A stretch of DNA of 64,000 nucleotides from the NCBI GenBank assembly GCA_903879715.1, contig CAIRMR010000032.1, positions 11,022 to 75,021 on the forward strand, read 5' to 3'. Of this stretch, positions 17,040 through 28,117 are shown one piece after another. Each line of letters opens with the position of its first letter. Within the stretch, counting starts at the first letter, position 1. The notes under the pieces are model-generated. The model made no database searches and was not told the DNA's origin. It saw nothing but the letters and a program-made list of their open reading frames with translations. Source of the DNA: an uncultured Bacteroidales bacterium (GTDB taxonomy: Bacteria > Bacteroidota > Bacteroidia > Bacteroidales > UBA4417). A program made the translations under genes and the position numbers.

Positions 17040-17325
17040 TCGATAAGTAAATTGGGTTTATGAATAATATATATGCTTTCGCGCCAACCTATCCAGGTCA
17101 GCGTATAAATTTTTATTAGTACATCGTAAAGCTGAGCGAAGTTGAAGCACAGATCGTAAATAGTCCATCTACGTTCTAACAGGCTACTTCACTCCGTGCA
17201 GAATATATTGCGACAATTTTCACATTGTTACATCTATTGCATCAGAGAAATGTACTATCAGCAATTACACGTTCTGATTTGTAAAGAATCACTTGACTCA
17301 GAAAACAGTAATACCTGAAAGATTT

Positions 17326-17721
17326 CTAGACTAATGGCTGTGAAGAAGTTTTCGGAGGCACAAACACGGCATTAACCGCCAACAACTGAAAATTGGAAGA
17401 ATTAAAAATCAAATAATGAATATCCTTTTTTTGAAGTACCGGTTCCCCTATTTTAAAAGCCAGAAACTCATCTGTATCTTTTAATGCTGTTCTTTTTTCT
17501 GTATTTTTCGATTCACCTTCTGTATTTGTACTGGTCTTTTTAAGTTGTTTCACCAGGTAGCATTTTCCTTTGCAGCAGCTTTTAGGTTTATTCCTGTTTA
17601 CACAAAGGTTCTTGGAAATATAGTCCTTATGAAGCAAATAATCAAAAATCGGAATTACCGGAATAATTAAATATGCGGTCAAAACTATCAGAAGAAAACT
17701 CGAAATGATTCCGGATTTCAT
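17326..17721 (-). CDS. small N-terminally anchored Cys-rich hypothetical protein
   Basis: TM helix followed by the motif DYLLHKDYISKNLCVNRNKPKSCCKGKCYL. Lies upstream of the TonB-dependent receptor on the same strand. Confidence 0.5.
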   Translation of the reverse strand: MKSGIISSFLLIVLTAYLIIPVIPIFDYLLHKDYISKNLCVNRNKPKSCCKGKCYLVKQLKKTSTNTEGESKNTEKRTALKDTDEFLAFKIGEPVLQKKDIHYLIFNSSNFQLLAVNAVFVPPKTSSQPLV

Positions 17722-17973
17722 GGCAAATATTGTACGACAAATTTACACAGATGATTCCATTATTCCGGGCATAATTACAGAAATAATTTTTTCGTCCGAA
17801 ATGCATCTTTATTGTACGACCGGCCTTTCGGGTACTTTCAGACTATGACATTTAGTGTATACACGGATGGGCACTTCATTTAGCCAGTTGTGTTTCGTGT
17901 TGATTTTACTCCTCCCCTTTTTCAAAAACCAGAATCATGGCAATGAGCCTAAACCGAATCAGTGATTTGATTA

Positions 17974-19077
17974 TCAAATTTTTATGAAAGTTTTATTTTT
18001 GTACATATACCAAAGTATCAGATACAAAATACCAAAACCGCCTATTGCAAGTACTAAATAATTAAAATCGCCAACGAATTGTTTTAATCCGTACAACACC
18101 ATTTCGGCAATCAGATGAAAATTGAACACGTGGGAAAGCACATAGGCAACTATTGCATTCATGCCGATAACCTTTAAAGGAAACGCCCATTTAACCTTTC
18201 CTTTTACATCAATTATCCAATAGAATAATGACAATAAAAGAAAACAAACACCTGAAGACGCAAGGACAAAGGAACTTGTCCAAAGCTTCTTAATTATAGG
18301 ATGCCATATTCCCAGCAACATACCAGCCAGAACTCCCGCTACTCCGATAATAAATAAATAGAATGCCACTTTCTTTCGGGGCAGATCTGATTTTATGAGT
18401 TCGCCGGCAAAAACACCTGACAGGGTGGTAGCAATAAATCCGAATCCACTGAGCAGCCAGGTATATTGAGTTCCGTCCTGAAATTTCCCAAATACCAGCT
18501 GATCCACATACCATGCGAAGCTTCTGCCAGGTAAAAGTATACCTTGTCCAACCCCGGGAACATCAGGGATTGTAAGGAGTAACGTATAAATAATTAAACA
18601 GGAAGTAAAAATCAGTATCCGCGCATTCCTTTTGAAATGAATATATGCTATACTTGAAAACAAGTATCCAACAGCAATTGCCTGTAATGTATTACTGAAA
18701 ATACTAAACGTTTCGATATTCAATTCCAGTAAATGACCTTGTACAATCCATCCCAGGATAAAGAGAATTACGAAACGTCGTATAATCTTTATATAAAGAG
18801 CTGACAGCCTTGAGTCTTGCTGTTTTTGTTTTGACAAAGCAAATGGAATTGCAGCACCGACAATAAACAGGAATAAAGGCATTACTATATCATACAGGGA
18901 TGAACCAAACCATTCAGGATGATCAAACTGTTTTGCGACAGCCATGGTAAAAGGTGACTTTACACCAACATTCAACGCGTTAAAAAAATGGTCGAGAAAA
19001 ATAATAAACAACATATCAAAGCCTCTCAAAGCATCTATGGAAGCAATTCGGTTAGTGTTTTTTAGTTCTTCTTTCAT
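17974..19077 (-). CDS. polytopic acyltransferase-like membrane protein (DUF5009/HGSNAT-like)
   Basis: N-terminal RIASIDALRGFDMLFIIF motif and about 10 TM helices. Confidence 0.6.
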   Translation of the reverse strand: MKEELKNTNRIASIDALRGFDMLFIIFLDHFFNALNVGVKSPFTMAVAKQFDHPEWFGSSLYDIVMPLFLFIVGAAIPFALSKQKQQDSRLSALYIKIIRRFVILFILGWIVQGHLLELNIETFSIFSNTLQAIAVGYLFSSIAYIHFKRNARILIFTSCLIIYTLLLTIPDVPGVGQGILLPGRSFAWYVDQLVFGKFQDGTQYTWLLSGFGFIATTLSGVFAGELIKSDLPRKKVAFYLFIIGVAGVLAGMLLGIWHPIIKKLWTSSFVLASSGVCFLLLSLFYWIIDVKGKVKWAFPLKVIGMNAIVAYVLSHVFNFHLIAEMVLYGLKQFVGDFNYLVLAIGGFGILYLILWYMYKNKTFIKI

Positions 19078-19147
19078 AGCTCTTTGTCTTATAAGCGTCA
19101 GTATAATCCTGAAAATTTGATTAAGTTGATTAAAAACAGTGATAACG

Positions 19148-21664
19148 TTATTTTTCAGGTTGTGATTTAACCATTTTTCTTGTAATACATTGATTTTTAG
19201 TTATCATTTCATAGAAATAAACACCGCCACTAAGGTTTGCAGTATTGTAATTTACGTGATGATTTCCTTTATCTTTAAAACCTTCGTTTATTACAGCAAC
19301 TTGCCTGTACTTCGCATCATAAATGCGAAAAACAACATCACTCCTTTCCGGAATATTGTATACAATGGATGTATTGTTTCGGAATGGATTAGGATAATTT
19401 TTATCCAGAATATAACCGGTTTGAATGACTTGGTTTTCTCCGGTCCCTAGAGTTGTAAACCGTGCTAAATCCGACCAATTGCTCCACTTCAGATTTTGAT
19501 CGCGATAGCGCACACGGAAAAAATATTCGCTTTCTTTCGAAAGTTTCGATGCGCTGATTTTACTCTGGTAAAGATTAATATTCTGATTAAGATCAACAGG
19601 TAATGAGTTTTGATCAATACCGTAGATATTTTTCCAATTAGTAATAGAGTCAATAATTACCTGGGGAGAAGCGGAACTATCAATCACCTGGTATTGTACT
19701 GACATTATGGAGTCAATTCCTGAAAACCTGGAAGTATTAATCACAACATTCTCATTACTCCACTCAATACTCTCAATAACAGGAGTTCCCGGGCTGGCTT
19801 GATTCTTTGACTTGTGCCATACATCAAGAAGTTCATTGTTTTTAGGATCGCCAGGAGTTCCCAAACTGTATACTGAGTTCAGGAAAGAGTGATTTGCAAT
19901 ATCAATTTCCAGTATCTGGAAGAAATAATTACTGATGCACACATGAAATTCATTATAATCCTTGTTTTCTCCTTCAACCCATGGATCCAACGGACCACCG
20001 CCTCCGCCTCCACATATCATTCTGAAATCTCCACCAGGCGTATCTGAAGTTATTGTTCCTCTTTCAAAACCATGTGTATGGCCATAATGAATTTCCTGAA
20101 CTTTGGTATACTTTTCCATTACCGGTAAAAGCCTGTTCTGCACGTAATCAGTTCCTCCCACTATCCAGAGTTCTGACATGGGCGGATGATGAAAAAACAC
20201 GAATACAAAATCAATGCTTGCGTCCTGTTCAGCCAAATTAAGCCTGGAATCCAGCCAATTCGCTTCAGTTTCTCCATACGCATCAATAATGTTGGTATTC
20301 AATCCGATAAATAAAGAATTTCCTACCACCAACTGCCAGATTTTTTCATTTAATGCCGGGTTCTGAGGAAATGCCGATTGGTCGTCAAGTTTCAGGTATT
20401 GGTAAAAATACGGGCTCTCCAATTCATGATTACCAGCTACAACCATGGTGGGAATATTAGTCGATAATGCAGATAAAGGTTTGAAATACATTTTTGTATA
20501 CTGGCCGGGAGAATCACCGCTAACAACTATGTCGCCGGTATGGAATATCCCATTCATATGGTTTTCTATATCGGCACCATAAAGCTCAGTAATTTTATTT
20601 CGGGCGGCACGGAGTACTTCTCCTGCCATCGTAGTATCGGACGCATGCGTATCTCCCAAAATCAAAAACCGCATTTTCCCGGAATATGATTGATCCGGCA
20701 AGGTTTTAAGTGAATACATACCTGATTCGCCCGCGCCACTTAAAACCCTGTAAAAATAACGCGTGTTGGGTTGCAGATCTGTCAGCTTTACCGAATGCCA
20801 GCGATAAGGGTCGCTTATCATTTCACTGGTTCCAGCCGTTTCCAGATTTAAAGATGTTGAGTCGATTCCATATTTTACTTTAGTTCCGGTTTCTGCCGCA
20901 TCGTGCCAGCAAACTGTCATTGTATTTGTACCCTGCGCTTGCAGATAGGGAATCCTGGTCATCAGAAAAGAGGCCGCCTCATGGCCAAATCCGCCTAATT
21001 CAGAAACCTGTCCTGCGGTAAGTGCCTGGTTCCAGATTGCGAGTTCGGAACAATAAATATCGGCATCTTCACCGTTTTCATCCGCAAAAATCAGCAACAG
21101 GCTTTCCAATGAAAACCGTCCGTCAACATCCTGAATATTCCCTGAAATCAAAGGTATCCCATCCAGATAACATATAAAATGACTTCCGTTTTTCACAGAA
21201 ATAACCATACGGTACCATTCGTTCGGACTGATCTTAAAAGTGCTGTATCCTACAGCGGCAACCCCAATATTTCCGGAAGTATTTATGAAAAAATCTCCAT
21301 CGTTGCTATTGCTTATATCGGTTTGAAAAAAGGAATGCCAAACTCCGAGAGAAGGTACTTTAAAATCATACTGCAACGTATATTCATTTACAAAAGTCCC
21401 GCCACCATTTGCTGGAATCTGGTGTTGCATTTTGTAGTAACTTCCTTTCCCGATCAGAACAGCTCCGTTTCCGGCTTCAGGTCCGGCAGCGGCCGATTGA
21501 GTTCCGACAAGAGTTAAATCAACTCCATACCCGACTTCTGCTTTTCGCAAATTTGAAGCATTATCAAACTTCCACCATCCGGATCTTTGGGGAATTTCCG
21601 CCTGCGCCTGATTAAGGATCAGGAGTAAAGCTAGAATGCATAAGGAATTTTTTCTGATTTTCAT
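19148..21664 (-). CDS. secreted LamG-like + purple-acid-phosphatase-type metallophosphoesterase with T9SS C-terminal sorting domain
   Basis: Start chosen at the internal MKIRKNSLCILALLLILNQAQA signal peptide (the ORF-track start 21763 adds 33 unlikely residues). Metallophosphatase motifs GDTH, GDIVVSGD, GNHE, FFHHP and GHTHGFE. C-terminus NYPNPFRNNTSIVYNI...GVYFYEM is a T9SS CTD. Confidence 0.75.
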   Translation of the reverse strand: MKIRKNSLCILALLLILNQAQAEIPQRSGWWKFDNASNLRKAEVGYGVDLTLVGTQSAAAGPEAGNGAVLIGKGSYYKMQHQIPANGGGTFVNEYTLQYDFKVPSLGVWHSFFQTDISNSNDGDFFINTSGNIGVAAVGYSTFKISPNEWYRMVISVKNGSHFICYLDGIPLISGNIQDVDGRFSLESLLLIFADENGEDADIYCSELAIWNQALTAGQVSELGGFGHEAASFLMTRIPYLQAQGTNTMTVCWHDAAETGTKVKYGIDSTSLNLETAGTSEMISDPYRWHSVKLTDLQPNTRYFYRVLSGAGESGMYSLKTLPDQSYSGKMRFLILGDTHASDTTMAGEVLRAARNKITELYGADIENHMNGIFHTGDIVVSGDSPGQYTKMYFKPLSALSTNIPTMVVAGNHELESPYFYQYLKLDDQSAFPQNPALNEKIWQLVVGNSLFIGLNTNIIDAYGETEANWLDSRLNLAEQDASIDFVFVFFHHPPMSELWIVGGTDYVQNRLLPVMEKYTKVQEIHYGHTHGFERGTITSDTPGGDFRMICGGGGGGPLDPWVEGENKDYNEFHVCISNYFFQILEIDIANHSFLNSVYSLGTPGDPKNNELLDVWHKSKNQASPGTPVIESIEWSNENVVINTSRFSGIDSIMSVQYQVIDSSASPQVIIDSITNWKNIYGIDQNSLPVDLNQNINLYQSKISASKLSKESEYFFRVRYRDQNLKWSNWSDLARFTTLGTGENQVIQTGYILDKNYPNPFRNNTSIVYNIPERSDVVFRIYDAKYRQVAVINEGFKDKGNHHVNYNTANLSGGVYFYEMITKNQCITRKMVKSQPEK

Positions 21665-21803
21665 TGGAATTTCACTTTTGTATTGAACTTGCCGAACTCC
21701 GGATATAAAGTAATTATCGCAAAGTCTGATTGTACACAACTGGTTAAAAAAAGGGTACCTCAATTTCTGAGGTACCCACTAACGACACAAACCCCAATGT
21801 TTA

Positions 21804-22817
21804 TTATCGTATAACTACCATTTTGCGAACACTTGTCCGGTTATCAGCTACCATTTGTACGGAGTAAATCCCTTTTGACAATTTGTCGGAATTGTAATTT
21901 AAATTGTATGTTCCCGGGGCCTTAACACCTGCATTTACAACGTCGATTACTTTTCCTGTCTGGTCGAGTACACGGAAGGTTACATTTCCGGATTTCTGAA
22001 CCTGGTAAGGGAAAATTGTATTGTGAGCAACAGGATTTGGATAATTTGGCATCAGATCAGAAGTATTAGCGGTTTTGTTGGTTTTTATCCCAGTCTGAAC
22101 AGTATTAACATCCCCTAAAGCTAATGCTTCATCAGCGGTTAAAGCTACATCCCATATACTGATTTCGGAGCATTTCAACGTACCATCATCGCCATCGCCA
22201 TCCTGAAAAATAAAGATAGCTGGAGCAAGGCCATAACGTCCGTCAACATCCTGCACCAGGAATCCCTGCAAGTCAGCGCTCACCGGCCACAATTCACCAT
22301 TTATATAGAGCATTGCGAATTCACCGTTTTTTATAGTGAGCAGCATTCGATACCAAGTATCAGCAGCAACAGTATTTGCAGTATATAAAAAGCTACCAGT
22401 TCCAATTGAATTCGGTACACGTGCGATACCTGAATTTGCAGAAGCAGCTATAAACAAATCAGCATCATCAGAAGTAGTTGCCGCCGTTTCCAAAAAAGAA
22501 TACCATGTTTCTGTGGCAGGAATAGTAAAATCCCACATGATACTATATTCATTTACAAGAGTTCCACCTCCATTGGGGGCTATCCCGTGGTTCATTTCAT
22601 AATAGCTATGAAGAGGAACTTCTACAGCTAAATTACCAACTGAAGGTCCGTCAACCGACGTAATGTTACCTGTTGCTATTAAAGCTTCTCCAACTTCAGC
22701 TTTCTGCAAATCAGAGATATCATCAAATTTCCACCAGCCAGCTCTTGCAGGCACCTGCGCATTTGCAAATCCGACGAAAGCCAGGATTGCGACTAAACTT
22801 AGTAAAGTTTTTTTCAT
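21804..22817 (-). CDS. secreted LamG/concanavalin-like lectin-fold protein with T9SS C-terminal sorting domain
   Basis: Shares the N-terminal block AGWWKFDD.S.L.KAEVG and the LamG-like core with 19148..21664. C-terminus NYPNPVAHNTIF...GIYSVQM. Confidence 0.65.
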   Translation of the reverse strand: MKKTLLSLVAILAFVGFANAQVPARAGWWKFDDISDLQKAEVGEALIATGNITSVDGPSVGNLAVEVPLHSYYEMNHGIAPNGGGTLVNEYSIMWDFTIPATETWYSFLETAATTSDDADLFIAASANSGIARVPNSIGTGSFLYTANTVAADTWYRMLLTIKNGEFAMLYINGELWPVSADLQGFLVQDVDGRYGLAPAIFIFQDGDGDDGTLKCSEISIWDVALTADEALALGDVNTVQTGIKTNKTANTSDLMPNYPNPVAHNTIFPYQVQKSGNVTFRVLDQTGKVIDVVNAGVKAPGTYNLNYNSDKLSKGIYSVQMVADNRTSVRKMVVIR

Positions 22818-22889
22818 AATTTTAATTGGTTTTTAGGTTAACAATGAAGGGTTTGTATAGGGTTAATAAAAAATTCAATGCAAGGGATG

Positions 22890-24410
22890 CTATTTTAACA
22901 ACCACATAATCTTATTTATTTCATCATACCCATCATATTGCCGGTCTAATGCAATAATAAGGTTTTCACGGTTGTAACTGGTTTCAGAACCAGGGTACAA
23001 ACAACGCATAGGAATAGCGCTTGTATTGTTTTCGTTCATGCTTGATGCAGGGTTGATGGGGAAAACAGGAAAAGCATTTCTTCTGTATTCAAAATAACTG
23101 AAATCCGCGTCCTGCATGTATCTGAGGATATATTCCTGCATCCATATTTGTTTCAATTGTTCATCCGTAGTTGCTTTAAATGCGGCCTCACCGGTAAAAT
23201 ATCCGTCAATATACGTTTGATCAATGGGGACAGTATGCGCGTAAGTTGATTTGGTTGTCATTAATTGTGCGAGAGCTGCCTTAACCCCTTCTTCATAATA
23301 AGTTTGCGTCGATCCTGTAATCCAGCCTCTGATAGTTGCCTCAGCGAGAATTAATTGCTGTTCAGCGTAAGTCATCATCATTCGGGGTTCGCAGGCGGCT
23401 TCTTTTTCGTAACGTTTGTTAATTTGTGAGAATTTACCGGCTTTGTAATCAACATTCATCGCATCGTAATCCATAGCAACATCAACGCCATTATAGGCTG
23501 CCGTATCGGATTGTACTTTTCCGGCCGCAATGAGTGCAAGGGCAGGTTCGCAGAAATAAAACAAGCGCCGGTCATTTACTGTTTTTAAATTGTCCATAAG
23601 GAGTTTGCTGACTATAGTTTTAGGTGCAAACATAACGGATGCACTCAAGGGGTGCTTATTTTGGGTTGAATAGGCAAGTCCCCAATAACCTGTTGTTTTT
23701 CCCAACAAATTACCGGCTGTTACAATTTCAGCAAAACGGGTTTTAACCCCTAAGGATGCCAGATCCTCCTTCTTACTTAAACTCATCAGTACTTTTAAGC
23801 TAAAAGCATTAACGGCTTTTCTCCATTTCAGAGGGTCGCCGGCATACGGTGTGGGATCACCATCAAATTTAACACCTATTGCAAAGGATGAGTCAGCTGC
23901 TTTGAGCTCGTTCAGTATGGCGATAAAAACTTCTTCCTGTGTATCGTATTTTGGCCTGTAAAGACCATCCGCGCCTTTTCCTGCTTCAGAGTAAGGAATA
24001 TCCCCCATCCACATTGTCATATTGTAGAAGTGGTAGGCTTTGGCAAAATGGGCAATACCAGTGTATGAATCTTCCATTGTACTACCCTTGGCAGCTTCCA
24101 ACATCGCTTCAATGTTTGGCAAAACGGTCATCGCTCCGAAACCACCACTTCCGGTATTGTTATACTGCGAACTATTTTTCCCCAGGAGGGTGAAGCCCAC
24201 ATATTTGGGTAATGCGTTTGCTGAAATGAAACCCATAGCCTGTCCGCCATACCCAAGCATGCCCAATACAATATTTGTGCATTCCATGGAAGCAGGTACC
24301 TTGGTGGTAGTATCCGGATTCGTATTGATTTCCTCAAATTTGCTGCAACTAACAAGGAAGATTAAGATGAGTACACCTAATAATCCTATATATTTATTTA
24401 TATTTTTCAT
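22890..24410 (-). CDS. SusD/RagB family nutrient-binding outer-membrane lipoprotein
   Basis: Lipobox LVSC, 506 aa, immediately downstream of the SusC-like gene, helical TPR-like composition. Confidence 0.75.
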   Translation of the reverse strand: MKNINKYIGLLGVLILIFLVSCSKFEEINTNPDTTTKVPASMECTNIVLGMLGYGGQAMGFISANALPKYVGFTLLGKNSSQYNNTGSGGFGAMTVLPNIEAMLEAAKGSTMEDSYTGIAHFAKAYHFYNMTMWMGDIPYSEAGKGADGLYRPKYDTQEEVFIAILNELKAADSSFAIGVKFDGDPTPYAGDPLKWRKAVNAFSLKVLMSLSKKEDLASLGVKTRFAEIVTAGNLLGKTTGYWGLAYSTQNKHPLSASVMFAPKTIVSKLLMDNLKTVNDRRLFYFCEPALALIAAGKVQSDTAAYNGVDVAMDYDAMNVDYKAGKFSQINKRYEKEAACEPRMMMTYAEQQLILAEATIRGWITGSTQTYYEEGVKAALAQLMTTKSTYAHTVPIDQTYIDGYFTGEAAFKATTDEQLKQIWMQEYILRYMQDADFSYFEYRRNAFPVFPINPASSMNENNTSAIPMRCLYPGSETSYNRENLIIALDRQYDGYDEINKIMWLLK

Positions 24411-24509
24411 AATTAGTTTTGTTTTTGATACGTTTTAATTTTTGAAATCCTTTTGCCTGTTTGTCATTTAACTTGAATAATAGGAAAAGTTTTTCAATCA
24501 TAATCAAAG

Positions 24510-27500
24510 TTAGAAAATGAATTTCAGGTTAAAACCAATGTAGCGTATGGATGGATCGCTAAAGTTCTCATACCCTCCGTCAGGGTCAGAGTACTTAAAT
24601 TGTTTTGCCCACAAAAACATATTCTGACCAACTGCCGACGCGGAAACCCCTTTTGATTTAAATTTAGCACACAGGTTTTTGGATAAATCGTAGGTAAGTG
24701 CCATCTCCCGTACTTTAATAAAGGTAGTGGAATATGCTTCCAGAGGTGATGGTGAGCCACCCCAGGCGGTACCGCTGTGAACATCATTTATATACGATTC
24801 ATACGTAACAGCCACATCGTTTGCGGCATATACACGTGTATCGCTGGTAATGTTACCATACGTATCATAGATTGCTTCACCCGATACTACTTTCACCCCC
24901 GGGCCGGTATAGTTTTTTGATCCGGGATTAGTTGCATCCAGGTATCGTTCAGGAGTTACTGAATTAGGGTGTGAACCGGCGCGCCACATATACATTTCGG
25001 TAGTGGTTTGAGCTAAACCTCCTACCCGGCCATCAACGGAAACAGTAAAACTCCAGCTTTTGTATTTTACAGTAGTATTCGCGCCCCATATCCAATCTGG
25101 ATCAGAGTTTCCGTATTTTGAGGCTTTTGGATTAAAGAGAGGTAGTCCATTCTGGTTAATCAGATTGCCTTCCGGATCACGCTGAAAATCATAAAGGGTA
25201 AACGCATCAAGCCTTTCACCTACTTTTACCCAGGGATAGTCATCAAAGAATACCGGATCCAGTTTAGTGATATAAGTTGCGTATTTCGACCAGTTTAATG
25301 AAATATCCCATTGCCAGTTACCCGACTGTACGGGAGTTCCGTTTGCGGTAATTTCAATACCTCTTCGGGTATGCTCCTCGCCGGAATTGATTAGATTATT
25401 ATAATAACCTGAAGCCGGAGTGATGTCCGCTAGTATAATGAAATCGTACATTCTGGTCTGGTAGTACGCTATATCCATAGAAACTCTGTTTTTATACAGA
25501 TTAGCTGCTGTACCAACCTCCCAGGTGGCTGTAGCTGCAGGGAATAAATCGGTACCGCGAATTGTAGTGGGTACAGCCGCAGAACTTAAAGTTCCCCAGG
25601 CAGGGTTGGTAAGTGAAAATACCTTGTTAATTTCATAAATACTTGCAGGCTTTTTCGTTACCGTCCATGAACCGCGGAATTTCCATAATGAAAGCCATTT
25701 CATTTTGGGCAATAATTCCGAAACGACAAAGCTTCCCGAAACAGACGGATAAAGATAGGAACGCGTAGATTCCGATAAAGTGGAGCTCCAGTCGTTACGC
25801 AACGTACCATCCACATACGCCATCCTGCTCCATGAAAATGCTAACCGGCCATACAAACTGTTCACCTGTTCCTTGTAAATACTTGAAGATACATACGCTG
25901 GTAAAACCGAAGCCTCCAGGGAGTAAAATCCCGGGATAGAAAGACCGCCCTGGGTTCTTGAATCAGTGCCTTCATCCTGGTGGGTATTTATTGTTCCACC
26001 TACAAAACCATCGATGGTGAACTTATCAATAGTATGATTACCGGAAAGCAAAAAATCGTTGTTGAAACTATATCCCCTGGCAAGTCCCAGGTTGTATGAT
26101 CCTAACCTGCTTTCCCCCCAAACCTGATCTCCGAAATCGAGCACAGTTGCAGAACCGGCACTTGTTAATGAACTTTCCGCTATTCGTATCACCTGGCGGT
26201 TACTATAGGTATCAAATCCTGAACGTATAGTTGCTTTTAACCATGAAGTCAGATCATAGCTTAATGAAAGTGTGCCATTAAATATATCTTTATTTAAGCT
26301 GTGAATTCTTTCGTTCCTGTCGAACCAGGGATTGTTGTTGGTATCTGTATAACTGTTGCTTTGAGATACATCCGGTACTATCCAATAATCCTTATAGTCA
26401 AGCATATTCCAATCCGGTGACGACCAGATTAACATAGAATACATTGGGTCATATCCTACATAACCGCTGAAGCCGAGATTGGGGGAGGATTGCTTATTAT
26501 AGGCTATGCTGGATGATAAGGTAAATTTCTTCAATTTCATATCCCCGCCAATGCTGTAAGTAAATTTATCGAACATTGAATTAGGATATTGTCCTTTGTT
26601 TTTCACCCAGGTTGCCGAAGCGCGAAAACTTCCAAATTCACCTTGTTGTACTATGTTTATATTATTGTTGAGGATATAGCCTGGTTCCAGGAAATTATTA
26701 AAATTATCCTTTCCAACAGGAAGATAAGGCATGGCTTTCATAGTTTTCGTTATAGGATCCCATTGAACCACTTCCTGTCCTTCCAGAGGAGGACCCCAGG
26801 CGCCATCGCCATTTGTAACTGCAGTCAGCGTGGTAACACCATTAACAGTCTTTGAATTTACAGCACGGCCGTATGTCGACTGTGATTCGGGAATAGCCAG
26901 GTAACCGGCAGCAAACATGGTGCTGCTATTAATAGTTACTGTTAAGCCTTTATTAGCACTTCCTTTTTTGGTAGTTACCATAATTGCACCTCCGCCCCCG
27001 CGGGAACCATATAGCGCTGAGGCAGTAGCACCTTTAAGAATACTGAGATTCTCAATATCGTCAGAAGGAATATCCCTTAATGTCATGTTACCGTAGGGTA
27101 CACCATCAATGACCAAAAGAGGCGTTTCACCACGTAAAGTAATATCAGGAGCTGCTCCAAATTCAGTACTGTTCAAAACTGACAAACCGGCAACTTTCCC
27201 GGTGAGTGAAGTTCCAACGTCAACTGGTCTAACTGTCTGTAAGTTTTTGCCATCCACTTTCTGAACAGCATAGCCAAGAGCTTTTTCCTCACGTTTTATT
27301 CCTAAAGCGGTAACAACAACACTTTCGAGTTGAGTCGCAATCTGATGCATTGCAACATTAATTACCACTGCATCCTTAACTGAGAATTCTTTAGGTTCAT
27401 AGCCCAAATAAGAAAACACCAGTATGGCATCCGGCAACTGCACGTCAAGTGAATAACTTCCATCAACGGATGTTGTTGTTCCTATGGTTGTACCCTTTAT

Positions 27501-27893
27501 CTGCACCGTTACACCAATCAACGTTTCACCGGTTATTTCATCAGTTACTTTCCCGGTTACTTTTTTTGGCTGAAAACTCTCATTTTTAGTCTTCGCCGGA
27601 GATATAATGATCTGATGGTCACTGGTAACGAAGTTGACCTTCTTGCCTTTGAAAAGCTCACTCAGGATATCCTTAATAGATGTGTCGGTAAAAACGGCAT
27701 CTACTTTTCTTGTAACATCAACAACTTCCTGATTAACGAGGAAGGTGTAGTCACTCTTTTTTTCAATTTCATTCAGTACATCATTCAAAGGAACATTAAC
27801 AAGGTTTAACGTTACTTTAGTTGACTGAGCGTACAGGCGGCCCGGCACTGAAAGGATAAAGAAGAACAGGCCTGTTAATAAAAGTAATCTCAT
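24510..27893 (-). CDS. SusC/RagA family TonB-linked outer-membrane protein with N-terminal signalling (STN-like) extension
   Basis: 1127 aa. N-terminal extension (VPLNDVLNEIEKKSDYTFL), CarboxypepD_reg-like segment (VTGKVTDEITGETLIGVTVQIKGT), plug, barrel, and C-terminal Phe. Confidence 0.85.
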   Translation of the reverse strand: MRLLLLTGLFFFILSVPGRLYAQSTKVTLNLVNVPLNDVLNEIEKKSDYTFLVNQEVVDVTRKVDAVFTDTSIKDILSELFKGKKVNFVTSDHQIIISPAKTKNESFQPKKVTGKVTDEITGETLIGVTVQIKGTTIGTTTSVDGSYSLDVQLPDAILVFSYLGYEPKEFSVKDAVVINVAMHQIATQLESVVVTALGIKREEKALGYAVQKVDGKNLQTVRPVDVGTSLTGKVAGLSVLNSTEFGAAPDITLRGETPLLVIDGVPYGNMTLRDIPSDDIENLSILKGATASALYGSRGGGGAIMVTTKKGSANKGLTVTINSSTMFAAGYLAIPESQSTYGRAVNSKTVNGVTTLTAVTNGDGAWGPPLEGQEVVQWDPITKTMKAMPYLPVGKDNFNNFLEPGYILNNNINIVQQGEFGSFRASATWVKNKGQYPNSMFDKFTYSIGGDMKLKKFTLSSSIAYNKQSSPNLGFSGYVGYDPMYSMLIWSSPDWNMLDYKDYWIVPDVSQSNSYTDTNNNPWFDRNERIHSLNKDIFNGTLSLSYDLTSWLKATIRSGFDTYSNRQVIRIAESSLTSAGSATVLDFGDQVWGESRLGSYNLGLARGYSFNNDFLLSGNHTIDKFTIDGFVGGTINTHQDEGTDSRTQGGLSIPGFYSLEASVLPAYVSSSIYKEQVNSLYGRLAFSWSRMAYVDGTLRNDWSSTLSESTRSYLYPSVSGSFVVSELLPKMKWLSLWKFRGSWTVTKKPASIYEINKVFSLTNPAWGTLSSAAVPTTIRGTDLFPAATATWEVGTAANLYKNRVSMDIAYYQTRMYDFIILADITPASGYYNNLINSGEEHTRRGIEITANGTPVQSGNWQWDISLNWSKYATYITKLDPVFFDDYPWVKVGERLDAFTLYDFQRDPEGNLINQNGLPLFNPKASKYGNSDPDWIWGANTTVKYKSWSFTVSVDGRVGGLAQTTTEMYMWRAGSHPNSVTPERYLDATNPGSKNYTGPGVKVVSGEAIYDTYGNITSDTRVYAANDVAVTYESYINDVHSGTAWGGSPSPLEAYSTTFIKVREMALTYDLSKNLCAKFKSKGVSASAVGQNMFLWAKQFKYSDPDGGYENFSDPSIRYIGFNLKFIF

Positions 27894-28117
27894 ATTAGGG
27901 TTAGTTTAAGTGTAAAAAAAAGACAATAAGAATCTAACAACTGAAATTAACTGGTTCTGATAACTTCAATTTGAAATTAACTAAATGCTTTAAGTTAGAA
28001 AAAAATCCAGAAATAAATGCCCTGGTTCAGATATAATAAACCTGGATTGCTGTAAATTTTTTGCTTCCAATTAATTTTCCGTTTTAAATGAGTTCATAGG
28101 TATTAAACTTTTGTAAT

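Noticed and set aside
17040-17325. Riboswitch (cobalamin or TPP) in the 286-nt leader of the TonB-dependent receptor
   Set aside because: Reading the minus strand, I found no B12 box (AGYCMGGAGACCKGCC-like) and no TPP core (CTGAGA ... ACCTGATCTGGATAATGCCAGCG). Only a loose GACCTGGATAGGTTGGCG resemblance was present, which is insufficient.
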